Shown: positions 1 to 12,408 of the stretch, one piece after another
Layout of the letters: the number at the start of each line of letters is the position of its first letter
Position numbering within the stretch: position 1 is the first letter of the stretch
DNA from: Octopus sinensis
Taxonomy: Eukaryota
DNA: 64,000 bases
Assembly: GCF_006345805.1 (NCBI RefSeq)
Contig: NC_043006.1
Location: 11,718,001 to 11,782,000, forward strand
Reading direction: 5' to 3'
The notes under the pieces: model-generated
What the model was told of the DNA's origin: nothing
Seen by the model: only the letters and a program-made list of their open reading frames with translations
Databases searched by the model: none
Made by a program: the position numbers and the translations under genes

Positions 1-240
1 TATAGATGGCAATATTTACAGACATGGTGAAAATATCGGAATTATTTCCGGATAACTGTTACCAATAACGAAAAGATATATGAAGAAAAAATAAATGTCA
101 ATTCAGCAGAAATATTCTCTGAAATGTATATTATATACTGCTATTGTTATTGGTTTTAGTAACTGGAATACAGTCATGCTGGTGTTCTGCTTTCATGATA
201 TTAGAGCTTGTTTCCAAATAGTGTGAGTTTAAATATATAA

Positions 241-452
241 TTCTTTACTACCCACAAGGAGCTAAACACAGAAGGGACAAACAAGGACAGACAAACGGAT
301 TAAGTCGATTGCATCGACCCCAGTGCGTAACTGGTACTTAATTTATCGACTCCGAAAGGATGAAAGGCAAATCGACCTCAGAACGTAACGGCAGACGAAA
401 TACATCTACGCATTTCGCCTGGCGTGCTAACGTTTCTGCCAGCTCGCCGCCT
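241..452 (-). mobile_element. tRNA-derived SINE family B
   Basis: Reverse complement of the recurring unit ggcggcgagctggcagaaacgttagcac...gtcgactttgcctttcatcctttcggggtcgataaattaagtaccag; more than 10 copies in the window. Confidence 0.85.
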
Positions 453-453
453 C

Positions 454-784
<331 letters not shown>

Positions 785-961
785 AAGGCGGCGAGCTGGC
801 AGAAACGTTAGCACACCTTGCGAAATGCGTAGCCGTATTTCGCTGCCGTTACGTTCTGAGGTCGATTTGCTTTTCATCCTTTCGGGGTCGATAAATTAAG
901 TACCAGTTACACACTGGGGTCGATGCAATCGACTTAATCCGTTTGTCTATCCTTGTTTGTC

Positions 962-965
<4 letters not shown>
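785..965 (+). mobile_element. SINE family B (inverted partner of 241-452)
   Basis: Same unit on the + strand. Confidence 0.85.
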
Positions 966-1025
<60 letters not shown>

Positions 1026-1346
1026 GAGACTATAACCAATGTGGGTTAGAAAGCTTGTTAAATATGAAATAATTTCGGTGATCAGATTGCTAGTGTTGTT
1101 GTTGTTATTGCTGCAATTGCTTACCACTAGGTCAAAGTGAGTAGAGGGGCTCCAACCATGGTCTCTTCGCGTGTTCATGCGCAAGCACGACTATGTTATT
1201 TAATTTGTCTTTAATGTCAATGTATAATTACTGTGAAAAGTGATTGATTCAACATATGGTAGAAATTTAAGTCTAATAAATATAGATGGAAATGAAGCAG
1301 ACTTGGCTGCAATGATAAGGAGATCGAGTATGTGCGTTTATTCGAA

Positions 1347-1425
1347 TAGTGACTCCAAAGTTTCGGCTTGATGGGCTCGTCAGATCATCTGACGAAGCAG
1401 GTAAGCCGAAACGTCGAAGTCACTG
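1347..1425. ncRNA. Palindrome of two head-to-head hammerhead-like cores (degenerate)
   Basis: + strand CTGACGA-12nt-GAAA-CG-TC; - strand CTGACGA-12nt-GAAA-C. Helix II is imperfect in both. Confidence 0.4.
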
Positions 1426-2775
1426 TCAAAGTTTTCCTTGTAAATTCCTTATAGAAATGTACACCACGAAAAGTATTTAGCAAATCTCCAATTCAATGTT
1501 AAATTGTTTTTATATAGAACTTCGCATAAACATATGCAGTTACACACATATATTGCAAGATGGGTTTGTGTGTTCATGTGTTTGGCTATGCAGTTACCTG
1601 CGTTATATTTTTGTTATGTGTATATAGTATAGTTAAGGCTGTTCACCCAATATGTATAATATATATTTTAGAAATGAGGGAGAAAAATATATAACAAAAG
1701 TAACAAAATAGAAAACGGGAAAATTAAAAAAATATTCTTTAGTCGTTATTTAATAGATTCTGACGTTGTTATATACATGCATAATATGCGGATATATATA
1801 TGTATAATATATAAGTGTTTTGTGTATAATCGGAATATATTGGAAAGAATATATATTATTTCCATTTGCATGAATGTGCGAATATATTTATACAGTTGCT
1901 TTAACAATAAGTAGTTCATAATTTGAAATATTATAACATTTCCACAAAATACATGAAAAATTCGCAAGCAAATAATATAGAACAGAATTTTGGAACAGCA
2001 GGGAATAAAGAATTATAAAAGATTATTTGAAAATATTAAATAAAAGAATGATAAAGTAGAAAATAAGTAAAGCGAAGCGAAGGAAAAATTTTTGTTTAAG
2101 AAGGAAAAATTTTAAATGTTTGGAATGAGTTTTATCCAGCAGATTATTCAAAATTATATCTGTTTAAAATGAAAGCAATCTAATTAATCTTATTGTTGCC
2201 AATAAGAGAGTTCTAATCATGCAGCAATAGTTTTGATGAAGAGGCTGAAACATATATGCACCGTTTTGTAATACACAACGTCTAATAATTAAAACTATAT
2301 TAAATTGCAAAGACTTTCATGTTTTAAACGAAATATTCTTTGAAATACTTCAATAGATATTAGTTCGTATATAAAGAAGCAAGAGGAGAATAATGAACGT
2401 TACTAGTAAGCATTGTTTTTAAAATATTTAATAAAACTTATAATAATTATGTCGAAATTTTTTTCTGAATGATCAAAAACGTAGCTTTAAGATTTGACTT
2501 AAATACGTGTAACGTTTTTTCATCCCCTGCGGTACGCGCTTCGTGTTGCTTAACTTTATTTTCTGTACATCAATATTTTTGTATTGGGATTTATCATAAG
2601 GGATTCAACTTTATAACGATGGAAATGATGCCATATACATTCGTGACATTAGTGATATAAATTTTATGAGTTTTCAGACATCAATATTTCATCAATATTA
2701 TTTTATACGAACGTGCATAGTATCTATATCCACATCTATACCTACATATATTAATATACACACGTACATATACAT

Positions 2776-2779
<4 letters not shown>

Positions 2780-2819
<40 letters not shown>

Positions 2820-3090
2820 ATATCACATGATATATATATATATAGATATACATGTATTATATATATATACATGTACATATATATATATATATAAATATAT
2901 ATATAATATATAAATATATTATAATATATATATATATATATATATACACATGTATATGTATATTATATATATATATATAGATATATACAGTATATATATA
3001 TATATACATCGTATAATAGATATATAAATATATATATATATAATATAATATATATAAATATATATATATATAATATAATAATATATATAA

Positions 3091-3169
<79 letters not shown>

Positions 3170-3170
3170 C
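2780..3170. repeat. (TA)n-rich microsatellite
   Basis: Direct reading. Confidence 0.95.
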
Positions 3171-3240
3171 ATGTACATATAAAATTAACATAATGAGATA
3201 AAATCAAGGCTGTGAAAGATTTCAGAACATTTATAAAGAG

Positions 3241-3288
3241 GTTTTACGGCTGTTTCCGGGATATTGTATATATCCCTTCATCGGAGAC
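3241..3288 (-). ncRNA. Second copy of the same hammerhead motif, with two mismatches
   Basis: Reverse complement gtct-CCGATGA-a-GGGATAT/ataca/ATATCCC-g-GAAA-CAGCCG-TA-aaac. Confidence 0.45.
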
Positions 3289-3476
3289 GGTGCCAGAAAA
3301 TTTATATACTATTGGAACACAAGGCTCAGGAAACGTATATGTATCCCATTCTGCTTAAATAATGGAATTGCAGATATAATATCCCTGCATATCTCACGTC
3401 TGTTTTCGTTCCTCCACTTTACTCTCAATTTCATATCTTCTCTATTATAACTATTGCTTAACCATTCTCTCGCACC

Positions 3477-3524
3477 GTCTCCGATGAAGGGATATATAAA
3501 ATATCCCGGAAACAGCTGTAAGAC
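3477..3524 (+). ncRNA. Minimal type I hammerhead ribozyme motif (CCGAUGA variant core)
   Basis: gtct-CCGATGA-a-GGGATAT/ataaa/ATATCCC-g-GAAA-CAGCTG-TA-agac. Helix I gtct/agac, 7-bp helix II, palindromic helix III, GUA triplet. Confidence 0.6.
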
Positions 3525-3990
3525 ATTCTCGTTATAAATGTTCTGAAATCTTTCACAGCCTTGTCATTTATCTCATTCTGTTAATTTTTATCTATATGCA
3601 TGTTAATATATGACCTACGTTGGACTCTTTATTCGCATAATCACGAGCCTGGAGCTTAACTATAGTCTGTCCATAGCACTTTCTCAGTATTACCTGACAC
3701 CTTTCGGTCTTCTTAACACCATTACCTCTCATAACCTAGACATGTACATATAAATATATGTGTGTGTGCGTGTGTGTGTGTATATTCGACTCTCGCGTGT
3801 GCTATGTTCCAAAACACTGGCGATAGGTGAAAATCCGAGATTACTGTATATTTTTAAAATATTTTTTACTGTTTGTGTACATTTATAACAAGGACCATAC
3901 ATACTGAGGCAATTACCAGGAGTGCCTCTGGATACATCTATCCCTTAGATGGTTTTCATACTTCTAACTTATATCTTAAATCTTATTTTG

Positions 3991-4325
3991 AGACACCCTT
4001 CGGTCATGACTGACCGTGGGATTGCACCTAGAAAGTTACCTTCCCAGGCACAAGTCCGAGTAAGGTTGTTTATGGAAGACCAGTAGTCGCCCATGCATAC
4101 CGGCCTCCCCTCTCCATGCCACCAGTGTTATCCAAGGGAAAGGCAAAGAGGCCGATACAGCTTGGCACCAGTGACGTCGCAACTCATTTCTACAGCCGAG
4201 TGAACTGGAGCAACGTGAAATAAAGTGTCTTGCTCAAGAACACAACACGCAGCCCGGTCCCGGATTCAAACTCACACCCTCACGATCGTAAGCTCGACAC
4301 TCTAACCACTGAGCCATGCGCCTTC
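3991..4325 (-). mobile_element. tRNA-derived SINE family D
   Basis: Minus-strand head with A box TGGCTCAGTGG and B box GAGTTTGAATCC, followed by gtgttcttgagcaagacacttt body. Confidence 0.75.
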
Positions 4326-4342
4326 ATATATATCTTATATAC

Positions 4343-4761
4343 TCTCTTTACTCTTTTACTTGTTTCAGTCATTGACTGCGGCCATGCCGGAGCACCGCCT
4401 TTAGTCGAGCAAATCGACCCCGGGACTTATTCTTTGTAAGCCCAGTACTTATTCTATCGGTCTCTTTTGCCGAACCGCAAAGTGACGGGGACGTAAACAC
4501 ACCAGCATCGGTTGTCAAGCAATGCTAGGGGGGACAAACACAGACAACACAAGCACATACACACACAATATATATATATATATATATATACATATATACG
4601 ACGGGCTTCTTTCAGTTTCCGTCTACCAAATCCACTCACAAGGCATTGGTCGGCCCGGGGCTATCGCAGAAGACACTTGCCCAAGATGCCACGCAGTGGG
4701 ACTGAACCCGGAACCATATGGTTGGTTAGCAAGCTACTTACCACACAGCCACTCTGCGCCT
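4343..4761 (-). mobile_element. tRNA-derived SINE family A (internal TA/TG microsatellite)
   Basis: A box GTGGCTGTGTGG, B box GGTTCAGTCCC, 3' tail ...gactgaaacaagtaaaagag; about 10 copies in the window. Confidence 0.88.
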
Positions 4762-4777
4762 TATATATATAATATAT

Positions 4778-4814
<37 letters not shown>

Positions 4815-5880
4815 CGTGTGTAGCTGTGCATGTACAGATATATACATGCAAACAAGTTCTTGAAGCAAAATCAAAATTTTGATTTATAGACTAAAATAAA
4901 TTATAAATTTCATAGTTAGTATAGTGTTTCTAGTAATTCAGTACGGTTGATGATTATGTCACTCTATTATCATTGCTACTTAATTTTAGATCGTGGACAT
5001 CATGTTATCCATTCATAAACACAACGAAAAATGTAACCTTCATTCAATTATCTATTAATTGGTTAGAATATTCAGCGCACTATCTGTGACCTGGTCACTG
5101 ACACAATTCCATGGAATTGGATTTTTGTGTGATTATGATTACCTAACACGTGTCTTCCACTCTTTAATTGCTTTACTTTAATAAAACGGTTTCTGATCGC
5201 TTTACTTGCCGGACAATTACAATGCCGAAATAAATAACACTGATTCATTTCGTTTCTTAATTCTAACCTGAAATATTGTCTGAAGGAGAATAATAAAAGG
5301 AAAACTGTAGACTAGAGAAAGAAAGGGTATTGTATTTCAAAGTATATTTTGACGCTCATGAAAGATTGATGGTTAATAATGTGTATTTCTCTTATTTGGA
5401 TACCGGCAAATAAGACGAATATAATATATAAACATATTAATCTTTTAAATGTACATATATACTAATATTTATTCATATAATTATATTTCTATATATTTGT
5501 ATTAAAATATGCAATTCTTAATATTTATGTCATATATTAATATTAATATTAATATATTAATTAATTAGGCAATACTCATTATTTCATGCGTTTCAGTTTG
5601 ATAACTGCGTCATATGTATCTAAATATTTCAAACACATTCATATTCTTTTTGATGTCTGAAATATATTTTAAATGTATTTTAAATATTCTTATTGTAAAC
5701 ACTTTTGATATTATAACGTAAAAGATGCTTATAGCAATGACATTAAAAATACATAGTTACAAAATAATTACATGAAAATATTACATAAGATTGTTTGGTT
5801 AGCATTACAAACATGGTGGCGGTTTCACTGTTTCAATCTCTTCTGATACCCACTCATACACACATATATACATTTGTATG

Positions 5881-5946
<66 letters not shown>

Positions 5947-5979
5947 TATATATATATAATATATATATATGTAGTATAT

Positions 5980-6023
<44 letters not shown>

Positions 6024-6966
6024 GATGTAGTAATACATATAATGTTTAGTATATATATATACATTCATAAGTATGGAAGTATGGAAGTATGGAAGTATGC
6101 ATTAGGGAAGGAAATCAAACAAGAATTGAAGCTTGGCTGCGTGAGATTATTAATGTACTCACTCTTCCTCCGAGAATTCCCTGTAAAATGAAACCAACAA
6201 TTTGAATTGTTCAGACTAGTCTTGAAAGATGATATTAAAATGCAATTTAAAGAAGGCATCGTTCCACGTTTCCTTTGACTATTATTATAGCATTTTTTTT
6301 TTCATGAACATAAAATCAACAAAAGAGGAAAATTATGTTTGGATGGTTTGAAAATTTACATAACATTTTTGTTGACATGCAAGCATATCAAACTAAATTA
6401 TCACAACTTGAGAGACAAGCAATATTTCAAAACACATAGCAATTTCCTATAAATTTATAACTGAAAAATTGTGGAGCACGAAACCTCTGATTTATCGCTG
6501 AAATAAAATACTATGTAAAGGTCTTTATGCCTTTACTAATAGCATTATTGATGAAAACAAAGCAATTCTATATAGCTGTGGAGTGGGTACAATGCCAATA
6601 CAAATTAATTAATCATCAATATTTTAATTTCTATTAATGAACTTTAATATTCCTTTTAAAATAATGAAAAATCAAGAATTGAATTCTGATAAAAATCTAC
6701 AACGATTTGTAACTTAAACTTTGTGAAACATTAAAATAAATATTCATGATTAAAACAGCAGGAAAAAACCTTCCTAACATTAAATACTGTTAAATTATAC
6801 GAATTATGAACTTAAATATGTTCTGGAGATATGCGAGGCGATACTACAGGAAATCGTCTTGCAGGATTTTTTCCGGCTTCGTTAAATATCTGTAATAAAT
6901 TACTTTCAGTGCTGAGTTCATATATGTTGTTCTCTGTACTTTAGTATAATAATAATAATAATAATG

Positions 6967-7004
<38 letters not shown>

Positions 7005-7005
<1 letters not shown>

Positions 7006-7360
7006 TGGGGGAGCATCATAGCCATGGGGGAGCATCATAGTCATGTGTTGAGAGGGATTGTCTGGGGTTTGAATAATTCACCTCTGGAAACATGGGTGGT
7101 TCTTTCAACATCCTTAAACGACCCTTATTCAGGGACCTTTTGAGCGGGATGGGCTACTCAACCTGAAGAAAATTCTAACTGGGCCCCACCTGCAAGGTCA
7201 TGCGCTATTTATCTTGATATGAGATCACCATGTCGCGCACATATGGTTGTGATACATGTGCCTGGTGTACTCTTATCAGACGGGTAGTCATGATGGGTAT
7301 ATTGGGCTTCGTATATTTTACCCCAGTGTCACTTTGATGGCATGAACTGCTCTCTCACTC
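7005..7360 (+). mobile_element. 3' end of a non-LTR retroelement (family X) embedded in (AAT)n
   Basis: Its last 229 nt are nearly identical to 21982-22210. Same 3' terminus ctctctcactc followed by (AAT)n, but a different 5' truncation point. Confidence 0.75.
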
Positions 7361-7389
7361 AATAATAATAATAATTATAATTGTTTTTT

Positions 7390-7552
7390 TAAATTTATGT
7401 ATGAGACATTCACTAGTACAACACAATCCCCCCCAAATATATGGCACACTAGGCATAACAACAACGTGAACTTCCAACCTGTTGTCTCTTGAGGTCTCTG
7501 GGTGAGACTTGGAGCCAACTTGTACAGACATAAAGCAAAAGTCAAACATAGA
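7390..7552 (+). mobile_element. Probable 3' UTR of a second non-LTR element (family Y) in (AAT)n
   Basis: Non-repetitive block ending caaaagtcaaacatag(AAT)n, flanked by AAT tracts on both sides. Confidence 0.5.
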
Positions 7553-7570
7553 ATAATAATAATAATAATA

Positions 7571-7617
<47 letters not shown>

Positions 7618-7662
7618 TATTATTATTATTAATATTATTATTATTATTATTATTATTATTAT

Positions 7663-7808
7663 GAAGCAAAATGCTTAGTGGCAGTTCGTCCGTCTTTACG
7701 TATAAGCTTAAATGCAGCAGAGGTCGATTTGCCTTTCATTTTTTCGGGGTAGATAAAATAAGTACCAGTTGAGCACTGGGGTCGATGTAATCGACTTACC
7801 CCCTCCTC
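7663..7808 (+). mobile_element. SINE family B, degenerate
   Basis: gaggtcgatttgcctttcatttttcggggtagataaaataagtaccag core. Confidence 0.75.
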
Positions 7809-7844
7809 TAAAACTGCTGGATTTTTGTGCTAAAATTTGAAGCT

Positions 7845-8013
7845 ATTATTATTATTATTATTATTATTATTATCATTATTATTGTTGTTGTTGTTATTAT
7901 TATTATTATCATTATTATTGTTGTTGTTATTATTATTATCATCATTATTATTGTTGTTATTATTATTATTATCATTATTATTGTTGTTGTTATTATTATT
8001 ATCATTATTATTG

Positions 8014-8052
<39 letters not shown>

Positions 8053-8100
8053 GTAGTAGTAGTAGTAGTAGTAGTATGATGATGATCATGATGATGATGA
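7845..8100. repeat. (ATT)n/(GTT)n/(AGT)n/(GAT)n compound trinucleotide repeat
   Basis: Direct reading. Confidence 0.95.
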
Positions 8101-8346
8101 AAGAAAATGGTTAGCCGCATTTCGTCTCTCTTTACGTTATGAATTTCATCATTTCGAAATCAATATAGTAAGTACGAATTGGGCATTGGGATCGCTGTCA
8201 GGACTAGCCCCCCCCTTCCGCTTAAGTTTATGCCTTGTGACTATAATAAATAGGATTATTTTCAAATCTACTACAAATACACATTATCCACTGGATACCT
8301 CTGAAACACCTGAGATGCATAGGGGATATGATGCTCTTAATATACT

Positions 8347-8731
8347 TGATGATAAGAAGGTATAAAGAATTGCAAGAAGTTGATAAATTAAAAATGGTGT
8401 ACACACGCGTGCTCAGAAAAAATTCCTATGGAACTATGAAATTTAGACTGTAATTTACGCTTCGCAAAATGTTCACATTGAGGTTATTAATTTAAGCATG
8501 GTTTTTCTGGTATTGTGTCTATATATTTCTGGTATTGTGTCTATATATTTGATGATAATAAGGTATAAAGAATTGCAAGAAGTTGATAAATTCAAAATGG
8601 TGTACACGCGCGTGCTCAGAAAAATTCCTATGGAACTATGAAATTTAGACTGTAAGTTACGCTTCGCAAAATGTGCACATTGAGGTTATTAATTTAAGCA
8701 TGGTTTTTCTGGTATTGTGTCTATATATTTC
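8347..8731 (+). repeat. Tandem direct duplication of a ~190-bp unit
   Basis: tgatgataa..ggtataaagaattgc...ggtattgtgtctatatattt occurs twice with few substitutions. Confidence 0.9.
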
Positions 8732-8930
8732 TCTGTTTCTCACTTTATTAACCCTAGTGCTCCTATTATGATAGGTTTTGTAGTGGTTTGCAACTTACAT
8801 ATTTTTTCAATTTCCATATCATGGACTTTGTATTTAGTATTTCATTAAGTTTATTGTTATTATTTCATTTATGCACAACAGATTAGATTATTGGAAAATA
8901 TTTCATAGCATCAAGCTACATCAAGTAACT

Positions 8931-9150
8931 TCACAAGCTAAATATCCTAGCAGTCCCTAGTAATATGGTTTTCTGAAGCTGCACGAAACTAGGTTTTATG
9001 CCTACTTCCTCCATACATCTGCTCAAATCTTTAGGAATAATTCCTAATGCATCTATAACTACGGGGACACATTTTATTCACCACACATTTCATAGCCTCT
9101 GTAATTCCATGCATAGGTCCTGATACTTTGCTATTTTTTCTGTACTTCTC
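8931..9150 (-). pseudogene. Decayed C-terminus of a restriction-like-endonuclease non-LTR retrotransposon ORF (R4/Dong/NeSL-like)
   Basis: Minus translation EKIAKYQDLCMELQRL*NVW*IKCVPVVIDALGIIPKDL...LQKTILLGTARIF*. This is the typical EK..KY..L / VPVV.GALG / LQK..LLGTA ending, with in-frame stops. Confidence 0.75.
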
Positions 9151-9689
9151 ATATTGACTTTCTCATTATTTAGAACTGTAAAGTGTGTGTGTATGTATGT
9201 GTGTCCTTTTCTGTGTCTGTGTGTGAGTGTACGTTTGTATGTGTGTATTTATATATAGAAATAATAAGGCTTATGTATAAAAGAATGAATAAGGCATCCT
9301 ATGTGTTTTAACGTCCCATTCATATCTTTTATACACTTGTCTCGAAGAATTTAATTAGCATTAACCTGTTAATGTGATTGCATGGAAATACATGTCTTCC
9401 AATTACCTGTTATATTACGTATTGTAAAAGAAAAATTTCTGAAAAGGCTTGAGAATATTATGCAAGAGTAGTTGTTTGTGAATCAAATCCTACATACCAT
9501 CGTTAATTTCATTTCTACGTTTACATTGTAGTCGAGGTCGCTTTTGTCTTATGAAGCGTAACGTTTCATCTTCGACTTTTCCTTTCGTTTTAATTTGCGC
9601 CAAAGTTCCCTGCAGACAAAGAAAAATATATATGTGAATAGGAAGTAAGTGCATACACAGATACATACAAACAAACATACGCACATAAG

Positions 9690-10058
9690 GAAAGCACTCC
9701 GTCGGTTACGACGATGAGGCTTCCGGTTGATCCGATCAACGGAACAGCCTGCTCGTGAAATTAACGTGTAAGTGGCTGAGCACTCCACAGACACGTGTAC
9801 CCTTAACGTAGTTCTCGGGGATATTCAGCGTGACAAGGCCGGCCCTTTGAAATACAGGTACAACAGAAACAGGAAGTAAGAGTGAGAGAAAGTTGTGGTG
9901 AAAGAGTACAGCAGGGATCACCACCATCCCCTGCTGGAGCCTCGTGGAGCTTTAGGTGTTTTCGCTCAATAAACACTCACAACGCCCGGTCTGGGAATCG
10001 AAACCGCGATCCTACGACCGCGAGTCCGCTGCCCTAACCACTGGGCCATTGCGCCTCC
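9690..10058 (-). mobile_element. tRNA-derived SINE family C
   Basis: A box TGGCCCAGTGG, B box GGTTTCGATTCC, 3' end cgtcgtaaccgacggagtgc; 6 copies in the window. Confidence 0.88.
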
Positions 10059-10244
10059 ACATACGCACATACATGTATATATGCACAATCACACGTACAC
10101 ACTTGTATATAAAAGTGTGTGTTTCTGTCAGCCATTTGATTCGAACATTCAGCTGGCTACCGCGACTGATGGATGTTACCAGACATCGCCTTTATCATGA
10201 AACCAAGAGCACGTGCCTCGGTACACGAGCTGCGACTTGCATAA

Positions 10245-10468
10245 TCTATTATATTAAATCCGTTCTGTCTGTGTGTGTGTGTGTCTTCTAGGATCTCGAG
10301 CATCCTCCATCCGATTGCGCTCAAATTTGATATGTTGATACCGACGGTATCAGGGCGTGTATAAGTCTTGAAGCAGAAAGCAATTCCAGGTGAGAATGTG
10401 ATCGATAAAACCGTGAGAACGTGCATTTTTACGCGCAAGTACATCAGCTGTTGCGATGTACTTACTAG
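10245..10468 (+). mobile_element. Non-autonomous Helitron-like element
   Basis: A|TC 5' end, subterminal hairpin aagtacatc..gatgtactt, 3' CTAG|T. Confidence 0.7.
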
Positions 10469-11149
10469 TACTTTAAACTCTTCTGATGCATATTTGTGGG
10501 AATAAACTCATTTTTCGTTGGAATAGAAAAAAGTCTATCTTTATTTCTACTTTTGCTGGTGTCTCAAATTTAGGTTAAATCAGTGTTTCTCAAAGGGGAG
10601 GCCTATGGGACGGCCGGACAAGTTGTTTTGAGAAAATTTGGTTTAAATGTCTGACAACCTAGCACCGTCCGTTGGACAGGGGAGGGGCGTTTTTCTCGTA
10701 TATGATATAGACCAATAGAATCCTGTCAATCCCGTTAAAGTCGCTGGTAATGTTGCCCAAGGAATTGTGATTGCGCCTGCTTATATTTATAATATTTATA
10801 AATGAAATCTCGAACGTCAAGAGAGCTCAGTAAAATATAAATATTTGCAAATGATTTCAAGACTCAGATATCAAGGAAAAAGAAAACTGAAGAAAACATT
10901 AATTTGGTCCAAAAGCTGTAGTCATAAGGAGGACAAAAACGTTGTGCTAAATGAAGAAAAAATTGAACTCATGAGTTTTGGAAATTAAAACTTACTCAAA
11001 CAATCATACTGTTCTGATTCAGAAGAACCGGTCATAGCATCGAAATAAAAGAATACGATTCAGATAAAACATATAGCTTACAACATATATTCAGTAGTTT
11101 CCATTCATTCGATGTCAAACAACACGCACGCACACACACATAAATACAT

Positions 11150-11493
11150 ACAAACACACACATACTCATATACATATTTACACAATATATATATATTCTA
11201 TATATATATATACATATATACGTATACACACATATATATGTATATATATACATGTATACATATATATATGTATATTTATACATATATATATGCATATATA
11301 CATATATGTATATGTATATTTACATAAACACATGTATATACATATATTAATATATATATATATATATAACATCAATGTATATATATATATATATATATAA
11401 ACTTAGATATGTTTCGACCAAAGATTGGTCCAGGCCATGTCTAACTTAATAGCACTACCTGATATATATATATAAATATGTATATATGTATAA

Positions 11494-11538
<45 letters not shown>

Positions 11539-11640
11539 TCTGTACATGCATATATATAACGCATGTATCTATATAGGCATATATATGCATGTATCTATAT
11601 ATGCATAATATATATATCTATATGCATATATATATATATG

Positions 11641-11691
<51 letters not shown>

Positions 11692-11720
11692 ATATATATA
11701 TATATAATATATACACAAAG
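11150..11720. repeat. (TA)n/(CA)n/TATG microsatellite block
   Basis: Direct reading. Confidence 0.95.
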
Positions 11721-12351
11721 ACGTATATCCGTATATATATGCATGTGTGTGTCTCCGTCTGTCAATATATATGTAAATATCGATGCAAATTACTAGAAAC
11801 CGGTATTAGAATGTTAGAAATTATGCTGTGTTCCTCAATAGAAATGCAACGAAGCACATCCACGCTTGATCAGTTTACATAAGATGTACAGTGTAATTCA
11901 ATTTAGATGTCTTTTCAAAATTAAGTTTACTTTAGAGTTATGTGCTTAGGTATACACACCAATAAATATAGTTTACATAGTTATTTTTTTAATATTCTAG
12001 TGCACACAGCGTACAGGACACACATACATAGTCACACATGCATGTATATATGCGTATGTATATATGTATATATATACGTGCATGTATGCATACACACACA
12101 TATATGTATATATATATATATATATTATTTTTGAGTAAGCACTTTCAGGGAGATTCTTCTTAAAGTAGTAGAAATGGCTAAAGAAATTTTTTGGCTGCTA
12201 TTTCTAAAAATATGTGGCAAAGTAAATTATTTTACTGAGCCCTTAATTATATAAAGTAATATTTTGAATAAGCCTTGAATGGTCCTTTTACATACTGAAC
12301 ACTACTTGGTGAAATTAATTAATAACTAATTGATTTTACCCTTAATTATTG

Positions 12352-12408
<57 letters not shown>

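Larger units (their letters stand above)
3166..3602. mobile_element. Inverted-repeat element, probably Penelope-like terminal repeats, each arm carrying a hammerhead-like motif
   Basis: Arms ~3166-3295 and ~3470-3602 are reverse complements around a ~170-nt spacer. Confidence 0.6.

Noticed and set aside
9549-10291. Recurrent ORFs such as MVVIPAVLFHHNF..., MFSLNKHSQRP..., MSSNARGDKHR..., [10 protein letters not shown]...
   Set aside because: They recur only because they are read-throughs of SINE families A, B and C; no coding homology.
10993-11017. Another 18-nt AG...GTAAGT microexon-like pattern on the minus strand
   Set aside because: Weak acceptor and stops in two frames; shows that such patterns arise by chance.
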